DNA from: a bacterium
GTDB taxonomy: Bacteria; CG2-30-53-67
Direction: 5' to 3'
Assembly (NCBI GenBank): GCA_919901565.1
Contig: CAKKPE010000050.1
Span: forward strand, 6,016 to 70,015
DNA length: 64,000 bases
Part shown: positions 43,752 through 52,601 of the stretch, one piece after another
Layout: every line of letters starts with the position of its first letter
Numbering within the stretch: position 1 is the first letter of the stretch
Position numbers and translations under genes: made by a program
Notes under the pieces: generated by a model
What the model saw: the letters and a program-made list of their open reading frames with translations, nothing else
Database searches by the model: none
What the model was told of the DNA's origin: nothing

Positions 43752-44083
43752 ATGAAATATACCATCCCATCGAGTATTTTCATGCCCGCGTTAAAAAAGA
43801 GATCGAAAGCCGGCCCGATGGTATATTGGCAGATTATGCGCTGTTGGTGGAACTCCTGATGGAGTTCGGGCCGAATCTGCGGATGCCGCATTCACGTGCC
43901 ATGGGCGAGGGCCTCTTTGAGTTAAGGCCGCGTGGTAGTGAAGGCATTGGTCGTGCGTTATATTGCTTCGTTGTGGGTAAACGCATCGTGATACTGCACG
44001 CTTTTGTAAAAAAAACTCAGGAAACTCCGGAGAAAGAATTACGTCTTGCCAGGAAAAGAATGAAGGAGGTACGAGATGGCTGA
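43752..44083 (+). pseudogene. RelE/HigB-like (Gp49/DUF891) toxin, frameshifted
   Basis: The CCATC duplication at 43762-43771 breaks MKYTI|EYFHARV. The downstream frame has LRMPHSRAMGEGLFELR and LHAFVKKTQETP. Confidence 0.85.
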
Positions 44084-44435
44084 TGTAAAATATAAACCCG
44101 TTCCCCATGACCATGAGGCGTTCCTCAAAAAGGCCTCGAAACGGAAAGAGTTCGGGAAAGCATATGATGATCTCGAAGAAGAATATCGGCTTACGCGAGA
44201 GATGCTTGCCGCTCGTTCTAAGTTTGGTCTCACTCAGGAAGCTGTTGCAGAACTGATGGGGACGACAAAAAGCGCGGTATCTCGCTTGGAAGCCGCCGGC
44301 AAGCATGCCCCGTCTCTGACCACGCTCAAGAAGTATGCAAGGGCGGTCGGTTGTCGCTTGGAGATCAAGCTCGTTCCCAACGCTCGCTTAACCAGGCGCT
44401 CAATACGGGCCGCGAAAAAGCAGGCGGCAGGTTAG
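44076..44435 (+). CDS. HigA-like XRE antitoxin
   Basis: GLTQEAVAELMGTTKSAVSRLE, PSLTTLKKYA; overlaps the toxin stop codon. Confidence 0.9.
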   Translation: MADVKYKPVPHDHEAFLKKASKRKEFGKAYDDLEEEYRLTREMLAARSKFGLTQEAVAELMGTTKSAVSRLEAAGKHAPSLTTLKKYARAVGCRLEIKLVPNARLTRRSIRAAKKQAAG

Positions 44436-44447
44436 CTTTGCATAGGA
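44386..44447 (+). other. Second degenerate attC-like site, read through by higA
   Basis: GCTTAAC core, CCGC..GCGG central stem, TTAGCTT right arm; right core eroded. Confidence 0.45.
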
Positions 44448-44455
44448 TTTAGAAA

Positions 44456-45274
44456 TTAGGATCTGCCTTTTCTCCCCGTTCCCGTAATTCTCTCCGGGCA
44501 GGTATAGACGTTCATACGGCTTCCCCGGGCAAATCCGATCAGGGTGATGTTCATGGCCTCTGCAATCCGGATCACCTGGTCGGTGGCCGCGGCCCGGGTG
44601 GCGAGGATGGGAAATCCGCTGCGGCCCACCTTCATGATGATCTCCGAAGAAATCCTTCCGCTCGCAAGGACCGCCTTATCCCCGGTCGGGATCCGGTTGA
44701 GAAAACAGAACCCCAGGACCTTGTCCACGGCGTTATGCCGTCCCAGGTCTTCTGCAAAGGCCAGAAGGGATCGGCCGTCGGTCACGGCTGCGCTATGGGT
44801 CCCTCCGGTCTTGAGATAGGTTGAGGAAAGATGATGCAGCTCGTGCATCCGTTCGATGATCTCAACCGGGGAAAGTGCCATACTTCCGGAGACCCGGGGT
44901 TGGCTGAGGGTATCCATGACATCGCATAGAATGGTCCCCCGTCCGCAGCCTGAAGTCAACGTGATCTTTTTGATCCGGTCTTCGAAGTTGATTTCAATGC
45001 CGGTCAACTCCACGGAGATCAGGTCCTCTTTTTCTCTCAGATCCATGGACACGATCTGTTCCGGGGATTGGATAATCCCCTCGGAGAGAAGGAACCCCGC
45101 TGCCAGTTCCTTTCTCTGGACCGGCGTGCAAAGGAGCGTTATAAAATCCCTTCCGTTGATCTCCAGGTGCAGGGGGCGCTCCAGGGTGACCTGGTCGTTC
45201 AGCTCGCTCCAGGAGCCCTTGTCATAGCGCATGATCCTGCGTTCCGTGTAAAGTGCCGCTGTCTTATCCTGCAT
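44456..45274 (-). CDS. fdhD: Formate dehydrogenase accessory sulfurtransferase
   Basis: TSGCG, TGGTHSAA, EDLGRHNAVDK, SGRISSE, ITLIGFAR. Confidence 0.95.
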   Translation of the reverse strand: MQDKTAALYTERRIMRYDKGSWSELNDQVTLERPLHLEINGRDFITLLCTPVQRKELAAGFLLSEGIIQSPEQIVSMDLREKEDLISVELTGIEINFEDRIKKITLTSGCGRGTILCDVMDTLSQPRVSGSMALSPVEIIERMHELHHLSSTYLKTGGTHSAAVTDGRSLLAFAEDLGRHNAVDKVLGFCFLNRIPTGDKAVLASGRISSEIIMKVGRSGFPILATRAAATDQVIRIAEAMNITLIGFARGSRMNVYTCPERITGTGRKGRS

Positions 45275-45318
45275 GGGCCTGCCTTTATCATGTGCGGGGA
45301 GTGGGGCTCTCCAGTATG

Positions 45319-46224
45319 TCAAAGCCCCTGCGTCATAGGGTATTTTTTCAGAAGTTCTATAAACTTTTCCGCAGGTTGGGTGTGGAAGGACTTTTTGTGG
45401 TAAACGAGACTGAAATCACGTTTGAAACGTATGTCTTTGAAGGAAAGGGCCTTGAGCACCTTGAACCGCACTTCTTTCTGCACGGCCCATCCCGATAAGA
45501 TGGAGACACCCAAACTGTTTTCCACCGCCGTCTTGATCGCTTCCGTGCTCCCCAGGTACATGACGATGTTCAGCTGATCCGTATAGATCCCTGCCTTTTC
45601 CAGGGTGCTTTCAACCACCTGCCGGGTCCCTGACCCTTCTTCACGCATGATGAACGGCTGGTCCTGAATCTCGTGGATGGAGATGTCTTCGCGGTCCGCC
45701 CATGGATGCGTGCTGCTGACGATCAGGAGGAGTTCGTCCGAGTCCATCTTTTCCACATCGAGGCGCTGGTCCCTGACCTCGCCTTCCACCAGGCCGAGGT
45801 CAATCCTTGCCTTGAGAAGGCTGTCAATGATATTCTGGGTATTGCCTCTCTCGAAATCGATCAAAATGTCCGGGTAACTCTTTTTGAAATCCACAATGAT
45901 ATTGGGAAGGTAGTAGGTGGCCAGGGTGGTGCTCGCCCCGATCAGGAGCTTTCCTTTGACCATACCGGTGGCCTCGTTGATCTCTTTTTCAATCGCGGCG
46001 TAGGAGGAGAGGATCTTCTTGGCATGTTTGTAGATGATCTCCCCGGTCTTGGTCAAGGAAACCGATTTGTTGCTCCGGGTAAAGAGTTTGGTCCCCAGTT
46101 GTTCCTCCATGGAACGGATCTGCAGGCTGATGGCGGGCTGCGTCAGGTACATGGCCTTGGATGCCTTGGAGAAACTCTTGGTTTCGGCTACGGAACAGAA
46201 TACTTTGAGTTTATGATCATCCAT
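45319..46224 (-). CDS. LysR-family regulator (CysL-like)
   Basis: SFSKAS..MYLTQPAISLQIR, IGASTT, REEGSGTR, STEAIK. Confidence 0.93.
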   Translation of the reverse strand: MDDHKLKVFCSVAETKSFSKASKAMYLTQPAISLQIRSMEEQLGTKLFTRSNKSVSLTKTGEIIYKHAKKILSSYAAIEKEINEATGMVKGKLLIGASTTLATYYLPNIIVDFKKSYPDILIDFERGNTQNIIDSLLKARIDLGLVEGEVRDQRLDVEKMDSDELLLIVSSTHPWADREDISIHEIQDQPFIMREEGSGTRQVVESTLEKAGIYTDQLNIVMYLGSTEAIKTAVENSLGVSILSGWAVQKEVRFKVLKALSFKDIRFKRDFSLVYHKKSFHTQPAEKFIELLKKYPMTQGL

Positions 46225-46385
46225 GGAACACCCTATTAGTTTTTCTTAAAAGGCTATAAGGATTTTTAATAATATAGCACAGGTTGCCAAGGTGGTCAAC
46301 TATTAACAAAACTTATTGAGAAAGGTTTTAAGGGCGGCTATCCGCCGGGTTTTTAAAATATTTCTGTAATTTTTCTGTTTTTTCC

Positions 46386-46413
46386 GCGACTTCTTGCCCT
46401 GAAATGTTACTAA
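46386..46413 (+). promoter_or_regulatory. Putative ECF-type promoter, GCGACT-N17-ACTAA, upstream of PEP-CTERM gene 2
   Basis: Matches the motif and spacing at 12585-12612. Confidence 0.5.
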
Positions 46414-46523
46414 CCATATAGCAGATCGCAGTTTGATCTATATTATAAAAACAGAGGCTGAATTCCGGTTCCGGGTTGGCCGGGGCAGGATTCTCATTAT
46501 ACATTGATAGAGGAGGTTGTAAA

Positions 46524-47141
46524 ATGTTTACACCGAAGATTTTAAAATTATGGACCGCACTTTTGTTGATTTTAGGGCTGACCGCAACTTCCCAGGCCGC
46601 CCTCATTGACCGAGGGAGTGGGCTGATTTATGATACCGACTTCGACATAACCTGGCTGCAGGACGCCAACTATGCCAAGACCTCAGGCTATGATGCGGAT
46701 GGAGCGATGAACTGGTCTGGCGCCATGACTTGGGCCGATGGCCTGGTATATGGGGGGTATAATGACTGGCGGCTTCCCACGTCCCTGAATCAGAATGGCT
46801 CCGGCCCTTGTGGTCCAGGCTACGACTGCACGGGGAGTGAGATGGGGCATCTGTATTATACAGAGCTGGGAAACCCGGCGGGCGGACCGTTAACCAACAC
46901 CGGCCCCTTTACCAACCTGCAGCCCTACTACTGGTCGGGTACGGATTTCAGTTCTGGCTACGCGTGGGCCTTCTATTTAAGTGGCGGCTTACAGACCGGC
47001 GGCCCCAAGGGCGACGGCTTCTACGCCTGGGCTGTTCGTCCCGGCGATTCAGCAGCCGTCCCGGAGCCAGGCACATTACTTCTCCTCGGATCCGGGCTGG
47101 CCGGCATGGCGGCATGGAGAAAGAGGACCGGCAAACGCTGA
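46524..47141 (+). CDS. PEP-CTERM protein with a DUF1566 (Lcl-C)-like domain
   Basis: Signal peptide, WLQDAN, GGYNDWRLP, YWSGT, C-terminal VPEPGTLLLLGSGL...RKR. Confidence 0.9.
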   Translation: MFTPKILKLWTALLLILGLTATSQAALIDRGSGLIYDTDFDITWLQDANYAKTSGYDADGAMNWSGAMTWADGLVYGGYNDWRLPTSLNQNGSGPCGPGYDCTGSEMGHLYYTELGNPAGGPLTNTGPFTNLQPYYWSGTDFSSGYAWAFYLSGGLQTGGPKGDGFYAWAVRPGDSAAVPEPGTLLLLGSGLAGMAAWRKRTGKR

Positions 47142-47148
47142 TGATTTT

Positions 47149-48191
47149 GTAGAAGCGCCGGCCTCGGCAAAACTATCCTCGCACCTGGAAGGTGCTCCTA
47201 CAATGGGATTCGGCAATCGCACCTGGAAGGTGCTCCTACGGGGGAATCTGTCCGGTAGCACCTTTGGAATTGCACGGCCCCACCCATCGTAGGAGCGCCA
47301 TCCCTGGCGCGACTATACCTCATACATACAATGCCAAAACGGATAATTCCTGAAGTCTTCGACCAATCCCTTTCGAACCGGATTCTCCAGACAATACCTC
47401 ACGGTTTGCATTAACGCCTTTTCGTTCCTGATGCCATGCTCATAATACTGTCTATCCCAGACCGAACCTTTACGATTCAATGCCTTGTTTATTTCATTGG
47501 CAGTAAAGCTCTTCAAAGAATGCATGACCTTTGATAAGGCGTCATCCTCGCACCTGGAAGGTGCTCCTACAATGGGATCCGGAAAATCGCACCTGGAAGG
47601 TGCTCCTACGGGGGAATCTGTCTGGCCGAACCTTGGGAGTTGCACGGCCCTACCCATCGTAGGAGCGCCATCCCTGGCGCGACCATCATCACATCTGAAA
47701 GGTACTCCTACGGGGGATTGTATAGGATTGGTTTGTGCGGGACGGGCATCTTGCTGCGATTGGTTTGCCTTCAACTCAGCAACGAAGTGGAGATGGTCCG
47801 GCATTACCACGGCGGCAATCAGGGTAATACGATCACGGTCGTTCAGCCATTGAAGAGCATCAAGCACAATCATGGCAGCCGCTCTGTGCAAAAAAATCTT
47901 TTCGCGGTTTTTTGTATTGGTTGTGATGAAGTAATAAAACCCGGTTTCAACATATCGTTCCTGCCTCAAGTTTTTTTGATGTGGTTTATTATTCAGCATG
48001 TTTTGCCTCAAGGATGTCCGTATGCAATCGCACCTGGAAGGTGCTCCTACGGGGGAATCTGTCCGGTAGCACCTTTGGAATTGCACGGCCCCACCCATCG
48101 TAGGAGCGCCATCCCTGGCGCGACCATTATCGCACCTGGAAGGTGCTCCTACCTTGTAATTCGTGCTCTCGCACCTGGAAGGTGCTCCTAC
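47149..48191. repeat. REP cluster (GTAG + palindrome): about 10 good and 3 degenerate copies around and inside the RAYT gene
   Basis: TCGCACCTGGAAGGTGCTCCTAC at 47179, 47217, 47548, 47587, 48028, 48130 and 48169; GTAGGAGCGCCATCCCTGGCGCGA at 47289, 47659 and 48100. Confidence 0.92.
47313..47999 (-). mobile_element. REP-associated tyrosine transposase (RAYT, Y1 HUH) with an in-frame REP insertion
   Basis: YFITTNT..R, VVMPDHLH, MHSLKSFTA, VWDRQYYEHGIR, Y..ENPVRKGL. Confidence 0.9.
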
Positions 48192-48318
48192 AGGGGGTGA
48201 ATCTTAATGCCTATACCTGGATGTTTCAAGCCATAAATTTAAGCAGAAATTAACAAAACCTATAACATCTTCCCATGCATCCGTCAGGATAGGGGCCGCC
48301 TTTAAAGAACCTGCGGCA

Positions 48319-49071
48319 TTATGCCTGATGATCGAGTGCAGCGGTCTCGGCGGGAGGGGCTTTTTTCCCGAAGATCCGGGTCAGGTAGATGCTGAGCTCG
48401 TACATGATCACGAGAGGGCTGGCCATACAGGTCTGGGTCACCGGGTCAGGGGGGGTGAGGATTGCTGCGACGATGAAGATGATGACGATGGCGTATCTTC
48501 TTTTTTCTGCGAGCCCCTTGGATGTGACCAGACCGATTCTGCCCAGGACCACCATGATCAGGGGAAGCTGAAACACAAGTCCGAAAACCAGGGTCATTGA
48601 GATGTAGAAACTGATATAGCTTGCAATATTGATGTTGGACTGGAGAGAGGGATCAAAGCTGAGAAAGAACTCGGTTCCATAGGGGAGGATGACAAAGTAG
48701 CACAGGGCTGCGCCGAGCAGAAAAAAGATGCTCCCCATGGTAATGAACGGCATGACATATTTTCTTTCTTTTTCCAGGAGCCCGGGCGCCACAAACATCC
48801 ACATCTGGTAGAGGATGACCGGGATTGAGAAGAAGAGGCCGGCGTAGACCGAGACCTTGATATGGACAAGGAACGGTTCCATGAGCGAGAAATACCTGAG
48901 AGGCTCGCCTTTCATGGATTTCCTGATGGGCGCCTGTATGAATTCCAGGATCTGGAACCGGAAGATGTAGCATAGGATCGAGGCCGCCACGATGCAGAGG
49001 GTGATCTTAATCAGCCTGGAACGGAGTTCCTCCAGATGTCCGGTAAGCGGCATTTTTTTATCTTCAAGCAT
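48319..49071 (-). CDS. tatC: Twin-arginine translocase subunit TatC
   Basis: MPLTGHLEELRSRL, WMFVAPGL, FQLP, AAILTPPD, YELSI. Confidence 0.96.
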   Translation of the reverse strand: MLEDKKMPLTGHLEELRSRLIKITLCIVAASILCYIFRFQILEFIQAPIRKSMKGEPLRYFSLMEPFLVHIKVSVYAGLFFSIPVILYQMWMFVAPGLLEKERKYVMPFITMGSIFFLLGAALCYFVILPYGTEFFLSFDPSLQSNINIASYISFYISMTLVFGLVFQLPLIMVVLGRIGLVTSKGLAEKRRYAIVIIFIVAAILTPPDPVTQTCMASPLVIMYELSIYLTRIFGKKAPPAETAALDHQA

Positions 49072-49114
49072 GGCTTAGACCCAAAAAACCTTATATAAAC
49101 TTAAAAGGGTTCAA

Positions 49115-50527
49115 CTAAGTTCTAAAGCCCATGGCCTGTTCTGCAGCGAGGGCGATCTCTTCCAAATCATGATCATAGATAGTCCTTGCATCCAGGATGA
49201 ACCGGTCTTTGCTGATTCTTCCGATGACCGGCGGGTCTGCGGAACGGAAGCATCTCTCCAGGGTGTTTACCGGGATCTTTGCAGAGTAGAGGGAGACCAC
49301 CCATGTGGGCAGCGGGGTTTCCGGCAAGGCGCCGCCGCCGACCTGGGAGAGGTCCTGCTCCACCTCGACAACAAGGGCCTCTCCAATCCTTGAGCGGATC
49401 ATCTCCGATAATTTTTCGGCCCTCAATTTCAGTTCGGCGGATGACAGGGTCAGCATTCTCAGAGCGGGTATTCGTTTCAGCGCCTGCTCGGGGTCCATCC
49501 ATTCCCGCAGGGTTATTTCCAGGGCAGCCAGGGTCATTTTATCTACCCGGAGTGCCCGGGTGAGCGGGTTCTTTTTGATTCTGTCGAGGATCGTCTTCTT
49601 GCCGACCAGGATACCGGCCTGAGGCCCGCCCAAAAGTTTATCCCCGCTGAAGGTGACCAGATCCACGCCTTCTTCAATGGCCTCCTGTACCGTGGGTTCT
49701 TTGCGGAGACCGTACGTAGAGAGATCAATCAGGTTCCCGCTCCCCAGATCCTCCACGAGCGGAAGATCCGACTCCCGGGCGATCTGCACGAGTTCTTTTC
49801 GTGAAACCTCCAGCACAAAACCTTTCATCTCGAAATTGCTCAGATGGACCCTGAGCAGGCAGGCGGTTTGCGGAGTCACGGCGTTCCGATAGTCCCTGGG
49901 GTGGGTCTTGTTTGTGGTCCCCACCTCGATCAGGGTGCACCCGGATTTTTTGATCACGTCCGGGATACGGAAGGAGCCCCCGATCTCCACGAGCTGACCC
50001 CTGGAAACGATGACCTCTTTGTCCTCGGCCAGGGTGTTCAGTGCAAGGAGCACGGCGCCGGCATTGTTGTTGACGACCAGGGCCGACTCACTGCCGGAGA
50101 GACGGCAGAGGATCTCTTCCACATGGCTGTAGCGGGAACCGCGGTTGCCTGTAACGAGATCGTACTCCAGATTGGAATAGCGGGACGATACTTCCGTTAC
50201 ATGTGACATGGTTTCCCGGGACAGGACCGAGCGGCCGAGATTGGTATGGATGACCACACCAGTTGCGTTGATCACAGGCCGGAGATGGTTGCGGCCAAGG
50301 GCCTTTACAGACTCCAGGACGAGCGGAATGATCCTATCCAAACCGGTCTCCTCGTCGGATATCGGGACGCCGGATAGGATTTTCTCACGGATCTGGTCGA
50401 GGGCAGTCCGTATGGCATCCAGGACCAGCCATCTCGGCGTCTCCTTGAGCGCCTGCTGAATGTCCGGGGCATTCAAGACGGTTTCCACGGCCGGCAGATT
50501 CCTCAGTTTTTTGTTCCCTTGATTCAT
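49115..50527 (-). CDS. selA: L-seryl-tRNA(Sec) selenium transferase
   Basis: INATGVVIHTNLGRS, VVNNNAGA, EIGGSFRIPD, FSGDKLLGGPQAG. Confidence 0.96.
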   Translation of the reverse strand: MNQGNKKLRNLPAVETVLNAPDIQQALKETPRWLVLDAIRTALDQIREKILSGVPISDEETGLDRIIPLVLESVKALGRNHLRPVINATGVVIHTNLGRSVLSRETMSHVTEVSSRYSNLEYDLVTGNRGSRYSHVEEILCRLSGSESALVVNNNAGAVLLALNTLAEDKEVIVSRGQLVEIGGSFRIPDVIKKSGCTLIEVGTTNKTHPRDYRNAVTPQTACLLRVHLSNFEMKGFVLEVSRKELVQIARESDLPLVEDLGSGNLIDLSTYGLRKEPTVQEAIEEGVDLVTFSGDKLLGGPQAGILVGKKTILDRIKKNPLTRALRVDKMTLAALEITLREWMDPEQALKRIPALRMLTLSSAELKLRAEKLSEMIRSRIGEALVVEVEQDLSQVGGGALPETPLPTWVVSLYSAKIPVNTLERCFRSADPPVIGRISKDRFILDARTIYDHDLEEIALAAEQAMGFRT

Positions 50528-50713
50528 CTTCAGCTCCCTGTCTGATCCCCGGTGCGATCTCAATGACTTCTAACGGTTTCCAACCGGCTGTTCAGATCGC
50601 TGTAAAATACCCTATCCCTCTTGTTCAAGTCAAGATGGTTTCACCTTGACAAATTTTCAATGAGCGCATAATATTGAAACGAGTTTTTGATGATTTTTAT
50701 AAGGAGAAAAATT

Positions 50714-51040
50714 ATGTTTGGAATAGGGATGCCGGAACTCTTGGTCATACTTGTCGTGGCCCTGATTATCTTCGGCCCCAAGAAGCTTCCGGAACTGGCC
50801 AGATCCCTGGGCAAGGGATTTGCGGAGTTCAAGAAAGCCTCTCAGGAATTCAAGAATGCCATGGATATGGAGATCGATAAGAACGAGAAGCATGAAGCAT
50901 CCGACAAGACGGCCGCCATACCCAGGGAGACGATTTCTGTAGCGACTCAACCGTTACAGACACAGGCAACTGTCGGCGTAAACCATGCAGCGGTGCCGGA
51001 ACAAGAACCTGCAAAAGCCGGCCCGGAACCCAAAGTCTGA
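50714..51040 (+). CDS. TatA/TatB-family translocase subunit
   Basis: [39 protein letters not shown]. Confidence 0.93.
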   Translation: MFGIGMPELLVILVVALIIFGPKKLPELARSLGKGFAEFKKASQEFKNAMDMEIDKNEKHEASDKTAAIPRETISVATQPLQTQATVGVNHAAVPEQEPAKAGPEPKV

Positions 51041-51048
51041 CCTTCTTC

Positions 51049-51708
51049 ATGAAGTCTCGATCCATACTGATTTTTGCCAAGGAGCCGCGGCCGGGTTTTG
51101 TCAAGACAAGGATGTGCCCTCCCTGGTCTCCCTTGCAGGCAGCTGAGCTTTCCCTCTGTTTCATCCGGGATACCTTACTGGCGGCATCCAGGGTTCAGGA
51201 TGCGTCCCCCTATCTTTTTGTTGATCCTCCGGAGGCGATTTCTTTTTTCAGGGACATCGCTCCGGCCGGGTTTGTTATCATCCCACAGCAGGGGGACGGC
51301 TTCACCGAACGCTGTGCTCATTCCGTGAAAGAGGCCTTCAGGAGAGGGCACACGGAGATCGTTCAGATCGGGACGGATACCCCTCAGATCCGGGCTGAAC
51401 ATATTGAAGCGGCATTCGGACTGCTTGTAGAATACAACATAGGTTTCGGTCCCACAGAGGACGGAGGCTATTATCTGTTGTCGCTTTCCCGGCCCGCCAT
51501 AGAAATCTATGATGGTGTGGTCATGGGCCGGGATACGGTCGGCAAAAAAATGCTGGCCAATGCCCGAAGGCTCGGACTCAGGATCAAGATCCTTGATGAA
51601 TGGATAGATGCGGACACCCATGCGGATCTATCTGCTCTTCATGCAGATCCCGAAGTCACCTTGGGAAGAAATACCCGTGACTATCTTTTGTCAAGACCGG
51701 GTCCATGA
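51049..51708 (+). CDS. DUF2064 / TIGR04282-like glycosyltransferase-fold protein
   Basis: IFAKEP.PG.VKTR, QQGDG, IGTDTP, GPTEDGGYYL, DADT. Confidence 0.85.
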   Translation: MKSRSILIFAKEPRPGFVKTRMCPPWSPLQAAELSLCFIRDTLLAASRVQDASPYLFVDPPEAISFFRDIAPAGFVIIPQQGDGFTERCAHSVKEAFRRGHTEIVQIGTDTPQIRAEHIEAAFGLLVEYNIGFGPTEDGGYYLLSLSRPAIEIYDGVVMGRDTVGKKMLANARRLGLRIKILDEWIDADTHADLSALHADPEVTLGRNTRDYLLSRPGP

Positions 51709-51726
51709 ATCCGGAGATATGTATCT

Positions 51727-52419
51727 ATGAATTTATTGTGCCATGGCGTTCAAGACGCGGTCCGGCTGATCCTCTCCCTGGACAGGTCTCTTCTTGATAT
51801 CCTTCTCCTTTCCCTCAGGGTCTCCTGCACCTCTGTTTTGTTCGGGGCATTGATCGGGATCTCCCTGGGGTCTCTGGTCGGACTCAGGCACTTTCCCGGC
51901 CGGGACGTGATCATAACGCTTCTCAACACCTTCATGGGTCTGCCTCCGGTGGCAGTGGGCCTGATGGTCTACCTGCTCCTTTCACGAAGCGGCCCGTTCG
52001 GTGTTTTGGGGCTCCTCTATACCCCGGCGGCCATGATCATTGCACAGACACTTCTGGTCACTCCGATCATCGCGGCCCTGACCCACGCGGCCGTGACGGG
52101 CGTGGACCCCCTGATCGGGGATGCGGCCAAATCCCTGGGGGCGGACTCTCTGTATCAGGGATTTGCTGTGCTCAGGGAGTCGAGATATGCCATTCTGGCA
52201 GGCGTGATCGCCGGTTTCGGCAGAGCCATCGGAGAAGTGGGCGCCGTGATGATCGTAGGAGGGAATATCACCGGTTCGACCCGGACCATGACCACGGCCA
52301 TGGTCCTCGAGACCGGCATGGGGAACTTTGAGCTGGCCCTGGCCCTGGGGATCCTGCTCCTGATGCTCGCCTTCCTGGTGAACATGGGGCTGCATCTGCT
52401 TCAGGGGAGGGGTTATTAA
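51727..52419 (+). CDS. tupB: Tungstate ABC transporter permease
   Basis: MGLPPVAVGL, LSRSGP, AGFGRAIGEVGA..IVGGNI...TRTMTTA. Confidence 0.9.
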   Translation: MNLLCHGVQDAVRLILSLDRSLLDILLLSLRVSCTSVLFGALIGISLGSLVGLRHFPGRDVIITLLNTFMGLPPVAVGLMVYLLLSRSGPFGVLGLLYTPAAMIIAQTLLVTPIIAALTHAAVTGVDPLIGDAAKSLGADSLYQGFAVLRESRYAILAGVIAGFGRAIGEVGAVMIVGGNITGSTRTMTTAMVLETGMGNFELALALGILLLMLAFLVNMGLHLLQGRGY

Positions 52420-52449
52420 GGTTCTCATAATAGAAACGACATTATATCG

Positions 52450-52524
52450 AAAATCCCTCCTAACCTCCCTTTTGCAAAGGGAGGAATTTCCACTCTTTGG
52501 AAAAGAGGGGCAAGGGGAGATTTT
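52450..52524. repeat. AATCCC...GGAGATTT double-hairpin REP-like element
   Basis: CCTCCCTTT..AAAGGGAGG and CTCTTT..AAAGAG stems; related to 54931-54964 and 58156-58200. Confidence 0.7.
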
Positions 52525-52601
52525 ATGAACCATGTCTATTCTATTTCAAGACTATTAATAAGTGGCTTGTCACCGGAGCGGATCTTTATTAGGATCGGAA
52601 G

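Noticed and set aside
47149-48191. CRISPR array
   Set aside because: Repeats occur in both orientations with irregular and duplicated spacers, begin with GTAG, and surround a Y1 transposase. No cas genes. These are REPs.
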